The notes: generated from the letters alone by a model not told the origin. Numbered from the stretch's first letter, positions 17,101-23,594 are shown. The stretch is DNA of 50,006 nucleotides from an uncultured Candidatus Saccharibacteria bacterium (GCA_964454285.1 CAYVSW010000001.1:1-50006), one strand, 5' to 3'. Numbers and translations are program-made.

Positions 17101-18689
17101 GAGAATATACTGGCACCACAAGTGACCCAGTACTTGAAGTTACTTACTACACCACCACTCCTGCTCCTACAACAATCCAAGATCTTACCTATACCTATGA
17201 CAACGTCGGCAATATCACTCAAATAGTTGACGCGTCAGGTACCGATACTGCAAAGACTATTGCATACAGCTATGATGATCTCTACAGACTACTCTCTGCT
17301 ACCATCACAGGAGCTGTAAATGGGGATAACAGTACCAAGACATATATCTACAACGCGATTGGTAACATGCTTACTTCTGACGCAGGTACCTATACCTATG
17401 CAGGTACGGGTTATGCGAACCCACACGCTGTCACAGGGCTCGCTGGGTCAACCTATACCTACGACAATAGTGGAAACCTCACAGGAGACGGTACATGGAC
17501 ATATACCTGGGATTACAACAACCAGCTTCTCCAGAGCTCAAAGAGTGGAGTCACAAGCTCATATACCTACGATGCTAAAGGGCAGAGAGTTAAACAAGTC
17601 TCTCCAACATTTGGTACTGTCTATTATCCAACTCTTTCCTATAGTACAGATGGCACCACACCAACGAAACAAATAATGGTAGGAGACATATCTATAGGAA
17701 CAGTGAAAGGTACTGGTGCAAGTGCTGTTATGTACTATAACCATGCAGATCAATTGCAAAGTACAAACATCGTCACAAACCAATCTGGTCAAATGGTTGA
17801 GCTCATGGATTATCAACCGTATGGAGCTATGAGAATAGATTGGCAGTACAATAACAACTTTGATCAGTCTAAAAAATACATCAACAGAGAATACGATAGA
17901 GACAGCCAGCTTCTGTATCTTCAAGCGAGGTATATGAATCCAGGTATTGCGAAGTTCTTGAGTCAGGATCCAACACATTTGTCTATAGGAAATCCGAGCG
18001 CTGTTCAATCTTTGACTGGTAAGGATATGAAGATATATCTTTCTGATCCACAACAATTCAATTCTTATGCATATGCTCGAAACAATCCTATAGTTAATAG
18101 TGACCCAACGGGCAACGCAACATATATATGGAATAATGGTGCCGGAATGTCAGGAATTGATACTTGGGATACGAATACTTACTATCAATCTAGTGACCGA
18201 GCATTACTTCAAAAAAATGCTGTTGAAATGAGTTCAGCGGGTAATTACGCAAACCTCGGTGCATTTTATGATCGTGTACGCAATGGTGCACAGTGGGATT
18301 ATAAGAATCAGGATCGAGCCTATTATTTCTATGGAAGTGATCTTGTTGATAAAGAAACATTTGGAAATAGAAATTATGGGTACACTGGTACAGCAGCGGG
18401 TTTTGGGAAGACATTACTAAAAAGTGCTGCGGGTTATGCCCAAGTACGATCAGGTAATGCTCAATTAAAAGATGTAAGAACATTTTTTGACGATCCAAAG
18501 GATACGGCTAATATCCAGATTGGAATTTTGTCCTACAATAATGGCAACAGAGTAACTCCTGCGAGTGGGTTACAGATAGGTAAGCAGACTACAGTAAATA
18601 GTAAGGTTCTAAATTCGGTTTATCGACAGTTTCAAAGTATACAAAAAAAGATTAGTAACCTTGCTAAGAAATTAGGAAAATCAAATTAA
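11169..18689 (+). CDS. Giant secreted RHS/YD-repeat polymorphic toxin, Tc-toxin B/C fusion-like. Order: signal peptide, SpvB-like N-domain, Gly-rich insert, FG-GAP/VCBS repeats, RHS shell with an inserted domain, Rhs core, C-terminal toxin tip.
   Basis: Signal peptide MPKKAVTFLKSFASVLTIFSLLLTPVSLAFA/QE. SpvB-like motif TGALVYNYPIETPDGINGLNPKLRLIYNSQ...GYGWS. Six D-x-[ND]-x-D-G-x-x-D repeats (GDVNGDAYTDII ... YDINADGSPDII). Dozens of YD repeats (YxYDxxGxL). Core YLQARYMNPGIAKFLSQDP...NSYAYARNNPIVNSDPTGN. ATG 11169 is preferred to GTG 11127. Confidence 0.9.
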   Translation: MPKKAVTFLKSFASVLTIFSLLLTPVSLAFAQEVPKIEVISSEELQTDISTPIFDTGNTVDITAETLTDEIKTLSDPNKYDNDYLDKAYLDPNSPFYDPEHKEPEDITQSNDDTTKDSDKQIASRSATVSQNTLILNSNTQRDTIRPEIDQTTGALVYNYPIETPDGINGLNPKLRLIYNSQNTKNDSVYGYGWSSNIPYIERINKHGTDQLYTGTYDDYVSSTFGELVKNTSTQYVPKSASDIVNFSFNSNVWTYTDKQGTVYTYGGTSASRQDDPGNSSHISKWMLSSITDSDGNSITYTYLKDQGQIYPQIINYGIYELGFNLQARTDVTDSYAKGFLVNTRFVLGGISLRKVTSPTSAPTTQANMLVVGGGGGGGAGGSNRGHYGGGGAGGYKAFTNQVIVPATAYPIVIGDGGNGNYNGQGSNGGNTTFNNITATGGGGGATYNSNGSNGGSGGGGGSGIGGNANLYEGNDGGAGATYAGGGGGGSGSTGSSGSGSGGTGGTGTLNSINGSSVYYAAGGGGGARTGGGGTGGTGGGGNGGSTGPGGSATGYGSGGGGAGWYNYSGGNGSSGIVIISYKTDGSDGIDSSLSTGGTKTTSGSYTIHTFTSNGTLNLIPIAPSGSTLLKNYAITYTTGHNGVRAVLSSITPSAYDINNTLTTLPSTSFTYNKASSGVATYSSSPSISGMFPGTINNGVVLGDVNGDAYTDIIKSYDYYGYSNVGNFTDHAVYTFNPVTDTYSTSSYTIPTDIINFIQNAGSKYDGGTRVVDLDGNMAPDLVRTPYYNPTNSTASAEQHNGTGWTHLTSGSPSYYPPYASNPFYTVFSGDFNGDGLTDYMQDVQAWPATTPTTSLSVNNGSSFTTSGSTFTGTHTFNTGDDRWLMFDLNGDGLDDLIKADTTIPCSGTTTYDQQVYINNGTTWVRDYSYQLPQYFTIYNIGCYSSSRLPIEIGDFNGDGLTDIMDINAQSLYINQGKSFSVIGNPGVGFYNSMAGASAACTNCSNPYLIYDINADGSPDIINNTGTWMWDNTITTPTDLMSAITLPAGGLMAVTYQSSPKYEDGSGNSLNPTNPVFLQTVKSIATTDPVTSTTTTTNYEYAGGSYYYNTPFDRKFAGFEKVTEIRPDSTKVVNYHLQGNGTNSSYYEYSDNVGKIGYVYRTDVLDTSNALVSRTTTKYDSANPVTGAYFVYPTQTVSENSGVNTAKTYSYNITTGTLTSAVDYGIVTVTDPLTFTDTGTDKKTTNYTYATNGTIYKVSNQTTLDQSSAKVNETNLYYDNQTLGTVIKGNNTKTEQWKVGTTYVNTQKSYSTYGNVLTATDERGKVTAYAYDSYNLYPITVTDPLTRTTQYAYDYNTGKPTQITDQNGYIYQTSYDGFGRVLEQKVPDLATPSTLVTKTTYSYTNTPNNVSTYKTDYLDGSTTIDSYQYFDSLGRLIQDRSEAEVSGTFNVKDVTYNNVGLLQSESIRYTGSGSARTAPTTNTTLYNTYTYDQLNRILTSVNALGTTSYVYTGLKTAITDANGKVKNYYNDAYGNLVKVEEINAGSTYTTTYTWNLNNKLTNITDALANVRNFTYDGLGRRLTAQDLHASADTTFGTWTYTYDDAGNLTQTLDPKSQTVNYTYDDLNRVLTEDYTGQAGIEVTYTYDVGTGNLGKLTSVVNPASTRAYIYNSNGGLKQETDTLNSVNYVTTYDYDRQGNQVTITNPDNSQVKYTYNTAGLLEQVQRKESTDGSFINVITNFDYNPDGKIVTTTNANSTTTTNTYDATKLYRLTHKVTTGPGAGGTPTTVSFFPQAGDGMVTSNASATWATIHDGTTGSAAAATATTFNVDSGKSSSTNYKIERGFLAFDTSSLPDNAVISSAKLKLIPNSKLNNDNDGDDWITVTQGTQASPTTLGTADYNKAGLATLPVEGIYNTERKDITNITTGLYLAFNLNPTGKTWISTTGSTLLGLREGHDAINSAFTGTSGQYDQVIFRSGEYTGTTSDPVLEVTYYTTTPAPTTIQDLTYTYDNVGNITQIVDASGTDTAKTIAYSYDDLYRLLSATITGAVNGDNSTKTYIYNAIGNMLTSDAGTYTYAGTGYANPHAVTGLAGSTYTYDNSGNLTGDGTWTYTWDYNNQLLQSSKSGVTSSYTYDAKGQRVKQVSPTFGTVYYPTLSYSTDGTTPTKQIMVGDISIGTVKGTGASAVMYYNHADQLQSTNIVTNQSGQMVELMDYQPYGAMRIDWQYNNNFDQSKKYINREYDRDSQLLYLQARYMNPGIAKFLSQDPTHLSIGNPSAVQSLTGKDMKIYLSDPQQFNSYAYARNNPIVNSDPTGNATYIWNNGAGMSGIDTWDTNTYYQSSDRALLQKNAVEMSSAGNYANLGAFYDRVRNGAQWDYKNQDRAYYFYGSDLVDKETFGNRNYGYTGTAAGFGKTLLKSAAGYAQVRSGNAQLKDVRTFFDDPKDTANIQIGILSYNNGNRVTPASGLQIGKQTTVNSKVLNSVYRQFQSIQKKISNLAKKLGKSN
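17515..17572 (+). repeat. 58-nt segment of the main rhs gene repeated at the 5' junction of the downstream orphan
   Basis: Matches 19320-19377 with 2 mismatches; both encode NNQLLQSSKSGVTSSYTYD. Confidence 0.9.
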
Positions 18690-18695
18690 ATCAAA

Positions 18696-19259
18696 ATGAA
18701 AAAAATATCTAAAAAAATAATATTAATAAGTGGGTTAGTGTTAATAATTGCCATTATTGTTGGGCGTGTTTACTTTAATGGTGGTAATGCAAAAGATTTA
18801 AGAATTGTTAATTCGTTGGAAAAAAATGTTCTTCCTTACATTCAACAAAATAAAGTATCTTTTTACTTTAATATGGATTGGTGTAAAGGTCTTCAGTATG
18901 ACTCTCGTTCAGTAGTAGAGATTTCTAGTTCAAGTAATAATTCGTCGTGCTTAAACAATGCTTCAACATTTTCTGATTCTGACCGTTCAATTTTTAATGA
19001 AATTGGTAAAAAATTGAGCTTTGTTTCTGTAGGAAAATTTAGAGAAATTGATACGGAATATCCAATAAGTTATAGGGGTGAACAAGTAAATATCCCTCAT
19101 GAATCAATAGGTTTAGCTTTCCATACGGATTGTTCTTTCTGTAGAATCCGCTATGTTTACTGGCCACAGTATACCGAGCTACCGCCCAGTATTGATGGAG
19201 AAATTAAATACATTCCTATCAATGAAAACTGGTATAGAGTTGAGCAAGATTGGAATTAA
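18696..19259 (+). CDS. Putative cognate immunity protein (N-terminal membrane anchor)
   Basis: Starts 7 nt after the rhs stop. TM segment KIILISGLVLIIAIIVG. Call rests on position; no family recognised. Confidence 0.55.
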   Translation: MKKISKKIILISGLVLIIAIIVGRVYFNGGNAKDLRIVNSLEKNVLPYIQQNKVSFYFNMDWCKGLQYDSRSVVEISSSSNNSSCLNNASTFSDSDRSIFNEIGKKLSFVSVGKFREIDTEYPISYRGEQVNIPHESIGLAFHTDCSFCRIRYVYWPQYTELPPSIDGEIKYIPINENWYRVEQDWN

Positions 19260-19270
19260 CTCCACTATAA

Positions 19271-19924
19271 GTCAACATTCTTTTAAGAAAAAAGTGTTAC
19301 AATCACACTAGTTCTTTAAACAACAACCAGCTCCTCCAGAGCTCAAAGAGTGGAGTCACAAGTTCATATACCTACGACGATCTCAACCGACTTCTGACTG
19401 CAACAATCACCTCAGTACCAACAGGACAGACTACCTATACACAAACCTATGTATATAATGCAATTGGAAATATAACCTCTGGTCCAGTTGGAACATATGT
19501 TTATAACGGTTCAAGTGGTTCAAACTGGGCTAACCCTCATGCAGCGACATCTATAAATGGTGTTACAAATACCTACGACAAGGATGGAAACAATACAGGA
19601 GACGGAACACTCACAAATACATGGAACTATAAAGACCAACTTACAAGAACTGTAAAAGGTGCAACAACAATTGACTATCTATATGACTATACTGGAGACC
19701 GTTCATCATATACTGACGGCACTACAACTACTGATTATGCCAACAAGTACTATAACTATGATGGTGCAAAGAAAGTTAAACAAATATTTGCTGGCAATCA
19801 ACTAGTTGGAACAATAGAGACAGTAGGAGCTACAGTATCTCCATACTATGTTCATACAGATACTGTTCTCGGTTCAAATGTAATATCAGATGGAACTGGT
19901 GCAAAGAATCAACTCCTTGACTAT
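19271..19924 (+). pseudogene. Start-less in-frame 5' part of the orphan Rhs cassette (YD repeats)
   Basis: Same frame as 19925-20767 and open back to TAA 19268-19270. No ATG, GTG or TTG codon in 218 codons. Encodes YD repeats paralogous to main-gene residues around nt 17275-17600. Confidence 0.75.
19320..19377 (+). repeat. Orphan-side copy of the 58-nt rhs homology
   Basis: See 17515-17572. Confidence 0.9.
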
Positions 19925-20767
19925 ATGCCGTTTGGAAAAGTGAGAATTAATCAGCAAGCAACCAGTTTCAACGAGAAAAATCAATTTATAGGACAGGAGT
20001 ATGACGAAGACACACAATTATCCTATCTTAACGCTCGTTACTATAATGGGGCTAGGGGTCAGTTTATAAGCCAAGATCCAGTATTCTGGGAGATTGGACA
20101 GTCTAAAGAAGGAATGAGTGCTCTATCTGATCCTCAATCAATGAATAGTTATTCCTATGCAGGAAATAATCCGATTAAAAATTCGGATCCTGACGGAAGA
20201 TGGTATAAGGAAGTTCTAACTGGTCAGCAATCCTGGTCTAGTTTCTCGGGAGAAGTAGGTCAAGCAACCCAATACATGGGTAGTGGGTGGCAGACAGCAA
20301 TGGATCATCCTGTTGCAGCAGGGGCAGCAGTTGGAGTTGGATCAGGATTAGCGGCATATGGAGCCGCCGCAGGACTTACTGCTCTTAGTACTCAATATCT
20401 TGGTGGAGCAGGTACGGCATGTGTAGCACTATGCAATCAAAATGGACAAAAACTAGTTGAGCAAGGAATATCAAATCTACAACAGTTACCAAGGGTGGTC
20501 ACTGCAACAGAAAAAATGGTAGAGCGGGGTCCAAATAAGGATATAGTTGGAATTAATAATTTCCTACAACAAGCACAAAAGGGTACAGCTTACTTGGATA
20601 ACAAAACAGGTAATATAAATATCTTTTCTAAGATAGGGGATAGTGCTAGGTACACAAGAACTACTCTTAATCCAGAGGGGAATAAAATTATTTCAGCTGG
20701 TATTAATCAGGCAAGAAATGTTATTAATGGTATTTCAAACGGACGCTTTACTAAGATTACTAAATAA
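19925..20767 (+). CDS. RHS repeat-associated core plus an alternative C-terminal toxin tip (orphan module; ORF as callable from its first ATG)
   Basis: Core motifs QEYDEDTQLSYLNARYYNGARGQFISQDP...NSYSYAGNNPIKNSDPDGR, followed by a 189-aa tip unrelated to the main tip and containing a Gly/Ala-rich hydrophobic stretch VAAGAAVGVGSGLAAYGAAAGLTAL. Confidence 0.8.
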   Translation: MPFGKVRINQQATSFNEKNQFIGQEYDEDTQLSYLNARYYNGARGQFISQDPVFWEIGQSKEGMSALSDPQSMNSYSYAGNNPIKNSDPDGRWYKEVLTGQQSWSSFSGEVGQATQYMGSGWQTAMDHPVAAGAAVGVGSGLAAYGAAAGLTALSTQYLGGAGTACVALCNQNGQKLVEQGISNLQQLPRVVTATEKMVERGPNKDIVGINNFLQQAQKGTAYLDNKTGNINIFSKIGDSARYTRTTLNPEGNKIISAGINQARNVINGISNGRFTKITK

Positions 20768-20784
20768 TATAAAATTAAAACAAC

Positions 20785-21078
20785 ATGAAAAACTTTATTG
20801 ACCTCATAGAATCATTCATAGAAGGAAAAATTGACTTCAAAGAATTTGATAAAAATTGGCAAAAATTATATATAGGCTCATCAGATAAAGGTGAACTCTA
20901 TGAGGCTTTGTCAGAATCAGAGAAGGATTTTCTTGATGAGATACATGATAAAGAGGATTTAGCTACCAAAGATGAAAAGGAATTACAGGATTTGAAAAAA
21001 TACAACTTTATTTCTGTAAAGGAATTTAAAGAGTGGCTAAAAGATTATAAACAAAAGAATATTGAAATCTGGAAATAG
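20785..21078 (+). CDS. Putative immunity protein for the orphan toxin (small acidic helical protein)
   Basis: Lies 17 nt after the orphan stop. The N-terminal pattern LIESFIEGKIDFKEFDKNWQKLY recalls colicin-type (ImmD-like) immunity proteins, from memory. Confidence 0.55.
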   Translation: MKNFIDLIESFIEGKIDFKEFDKNWQKLYIGSSDKGELYEALSESEKDFLDEIHDKEDLATKDEKELQDLKKYNFISVKEFKEWLKDYKQKNIEIWK

Positions 21079-21082
21079 CTTT

Positions 21083-21319
21083 TTAGTCTTCATTCGATTT
21101 GGTTAGTTGACGTTCTGCTTTATTAATCTCTTTCTCTATTGAAAAACTGATTTTTTCTTGTTCTTGAGAGTCAGAATTTTCGGTTGTTTTTAGTTGTAAT
21201 GGTACTGAGCCTTTCAAAATAACTTTTCCATGGTTGTAAATAATTTCTTCAACGAAGTCTAAGACAAATCTTCGCTTGTTATCAAAAGTATTACACTTAT
21301 CAAATCGGGGGAATAATGA
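21083..21319 (-). pseudogene. Possible remnant of the C-terminal end of a large serine recombinase
   Basis: Minus-frame open stretch without a start: ...FDNKRRFVLDFVEEIIYNHGKVILKGSVPLQLKTTENS...ERQLTKSNED*. The pattern F(E/D)xKRxxLxxx(V/I)xxIxxxxxGxVxIxGxIP is one I recall from the tails of large serine recombinases. Confidence 0.3.
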
Positions 21320-21354
21320 TTATTATTACTATTAAATTTTTGAGTTCATAAGAT

Positions 21355-21600
21355 ATGGATACAGGATATTGGCAACCATTATCAGGTTTAGTCATAGGTT
21401 TATTATTAGTAATCCTATTCTGTCTTCTTTATACGCGCTGGAGAAAAAAGCCTGTTCAATGGATTACAAAGCATATATTTCGAAGCCAGCTCATGAGCGA
21501 AAAGTCTGCAACTGGTCTTTATAATGTAATGATAAGTTTTATACCAGTGATAGGTGTAATATGGATTTTTTCAGCACTTCTGTATTTGAGGGTTCTGTAA
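21355..21600 (+). CDS. Hypothetical small membrane protein (2 TM)
   Basis: 81-aa ORF with two hydrophobic helices. Confidence 0.4.
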   Translation: MDTGYWQPLSGLVIGLLLVILFCLLYTRWRKKPVQWITKHIFRSQLMSEKSATGLYNVMISFIPVIGVIWIFSALLYLRVL

Positions 21601-21803
21601 AAAGTGAAAAAATAAGCACTAATGATAGTTGGGTAGTAAATACAAGTATAAGTGATGTATATGATTTCAATCCTGTAAATCCTCAAACATACAAGGGTGC
21701 AATTACAAAATTACCCGCTGGACAGGCACATAAAGATCAAGGCAGTGGTATTTTAAGTAATTACAATGTAAATATTCAATTTAGTGATAAAATTAACAAA
21801 TAG
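21561..21803 (+). CDS. Hypothetical 80-aa protein, possibly the remnant tip of a third toxin module
   Basis: Short ORF (frame opens only at 21525), followed 2 nt later by a membrane-anchored ORF in the same arrangement as the two toxin/immunity pairs upstream. Confidence 0.3.
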   Translation: MDFFSTSVFEGSVKSEKISTNDSWVVNTSISDVYDFNPVNPQTYKGAITKLPAGQAHKDQGSGILSNYNVNIQFSDKINK

Positions 21804-21805
21804 TT

Positions 21806-22321
21806 ATGAAAAATAAAAAGATACCATATGTATTAATAATACCTTTACTGATAATAGCAATTTTTGCTTTTAGTTATTATTATTTTATCAGAATTCCAAA
21901 TAAAAAAATTGCAGAAAGATGTATTCAATATGATCGTGAATGGGCGAATTTGGAAGATTGCTATGGTTTAATTTCACTTCGTTATGGTTGGGATATTGAT
22001 TATTATTACTTATTGGATCACATTCATGATTACGAAATTGCGAGAATCTATAACCTTGATCAATACATTTACGAAAACAATAAAATTTTCGTGATCAATC
22101 GCAAGACCATAGAAAACAGCTCATCTAACGGAATTAAGACTACCTATTATCAGGAACTGTTTCAGAACGGTAAGTTGTCAGATAATCCCTATAGTGAAAT
22201 TTCAGACATACCAACTTTCCTGGTTGTAGATACTGTTTCTGGTGAAGTACAAGCATATAAAAATATCACTGATGTTCCGAGTGATCAACAGAGCTATTTT
22301 ACCAAAATCAATAACCAGTAG
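21806..22321 (+). CDS. Hypothetical membrane-anchored protein (candidate orphan immunity protein)
   Basis: N-terminal TM segment IPYVLIIPLLIIAIFAFSYYYFI, then a Tyr/Asp-rich soluble domain. Confidence 0.5.
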   Translation: MKNKKIPYVLIIPLLIIAIFAFSYYYFIRIPNKKIAERCIQYDREWANLEDCYGLISLRYGWDIDYYYLLDHIHDYEIARIYNLDQYIYENNKIFVINRKTIENSSSNGIKTTYYQELFQNGKLSDNPYSEISDIPTFLVVDTVSGEVQAYKNITDVPSDQQSYFTKINNQ

Positions 22322-22572
22322 AAAACTAATGAAAGTAAAAATACTACTAAGAAAGATGTTATTAATGTCATGAATACCAAGTCTATAAAAGAAGTAAATA
22401 GCAATAAGATTGTAAGAAAACGTTTAGCTAGAATTTTATCTAGAGAATGTTTTCGCGATATGAAGAAATAGATTTTATGGAGATGACCCAAGAGATCAGC
22501 CTGATATTATGAGGCGTATTAATTTATATAGAAATATATAAAGTTATTTATAAAAAAATATTAATCACAATA

Positions 22573-22839
22573 ATGGATGAAAATACTATCATTAGAAGAA
22601 TAGAAGATACTGTACACCAAGTAGTGCACGAACAAACTGATCATCTCGGGCGAGGTCGTGTTAAGCGTACATTCACAAACGACCTCGCGCATAAACTCAA
22701 ACTGCTATTTGAGACAGGTGACATCGCTGTTGATCCTTTTTATAACCGGCATGTGCAAGCGACAAAACGGTTAGACGGTAAGGTTATTGAACTGGATATC
22801 GCTAATGATTTAAATATTTACTATTATAATATGCACTAG
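22573..22839 (+). CDS. Hypothetical protein, possibly a truncated fragment
   Basis: 88-aa ORF that ends abruptly after ...GKVIELDIANDL. No downstream continuation found. Confidence 0.35.
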   Translation: MDENTIIRRIEDTVHQVVHEQTDHLGRGRVKRTFTNDLAHKLKLLFETGDIAVDPFYNRHVQATKRLDGKVIELDIANDLNIYYYNMH

Positions 22840-22874
22840 AAATTTGATTAAAAAACTATGTTATACTCCCTCCT

Positions 22875-23201
22875 ATGAAACAAATTCTAGTACTACATGG
22901 AGGAGATAGTTTTGGGACAGAGGAGGAATATATTTCTTTTTTGAAGAATTTTGAGATAGAAAATCTCGATTATTTCAAAAGTAAACGATGGAAAGAAAAC
23001 CTACAGGCAGATCTGGGGCCAGACTTTGAAGTTATTGCGTCGCGGATGCCAAATGCATTTAATGCGCGCTATGAGGAGTGGAAGATCTGGTTTGAAAAGA
23101 TCCTCCCTTTGATGGACGATAGATGTGTACTCCTCGGGCATTCGCTCGGAGGGACTTTTCTTGCAAAAACAATAGAAAAACGAATTTCTTATCAAAAATA
23201 A
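22875..23201 (+). pseudogene. Truncated alpha/beta serine hydrolase (YdeN/RBBP9-like); only the N-terminal half is present
   Basis: Nucleophile elbow LLGHSLGG is present, but the ORF stops 17 codons later, so the Asp/His half is missing. A full-length family member lies at 27024-27578. Confidence 0.6.
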
Positions 23202-23332
23202 AGAATGGTAATAGAGTGTCACTTTTGTCACTTTTTGAGGTGCTCAAGATACGTTGATATGATATAGTAAGAATTATTGGAATAGCCTTGCAGTGCAATG
23301 AATCAAAAGGTTCTAGCTCAAGGACGCCAGCA

Positions 23333-23372
23333 CATACAAAAAAACATAGCAAACGCTATGTTTTTTTGTATG
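23333..23372. terminator. Perfect 18-bp hairpin (AAAC loop)
   Basis: catacaaaaaaacatagc-aaac-gctatgtttttttgtatg. Confidence 0.6.
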
Positions 23373-23571
23373 CCTCTGGCTGTTTAGGACGAGAAAGGCG
23401 TAGCCGTTCTTGCGGGGCAAGAATATAGGCGAGGCGGGGTCGCGAACACTTTATATTTTTGGAGTTTTACGAACAAAAATATTTAGTGATTTGTGACCGA
23501 GTCCCTGTCCCGCAGAACGCAAAAATACCTACTAAAAGTATACTTTCTTTACTTTTCGAGTACATTAGTTT

Positions 23572-23594
23572 ATAATGCAAGTTACTTGCATTAT
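23572..23594. promoter_or_regulatory. Perfect 11-1-11 palindrome; candidate Fur/Zur-family operator overlapping the -10 box and both candidate start codons
   Basis: ATAATGCAAGT-T-ACTTGCATTAT. The tataat at 23571-23576 overlaps its left arm. Confidence 0.65.

Noticed and set aside
11169-20767. Diversity-generating retroelement acting on the giant protein (template/variable repeat pairs)
   Set aside because: The only long nucleotide repeat I found is the 58-nt rhs/orphan junction, which lacks adenine-specific mismatches. No reverse transcriptase gene is in the window.
22350-22470. Short plus-strand ORF (MNTKSIKEVNSNKIVRKRLARILSRECFRDMKK) that might be a regulator fragment
   Set aside because: It is only 33 codons, has no recognisable domain and no promoter or RBS context, so it cannot be supported.
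22294-22491. 65-aa hydrophobic minus-strand ORF
   Set aside because: It overlaps the 3' end of 21806-22321, lies in AT-rich DNA where Phe/Leu/Ile-rich frames arise by chance, and has no supporting signal.
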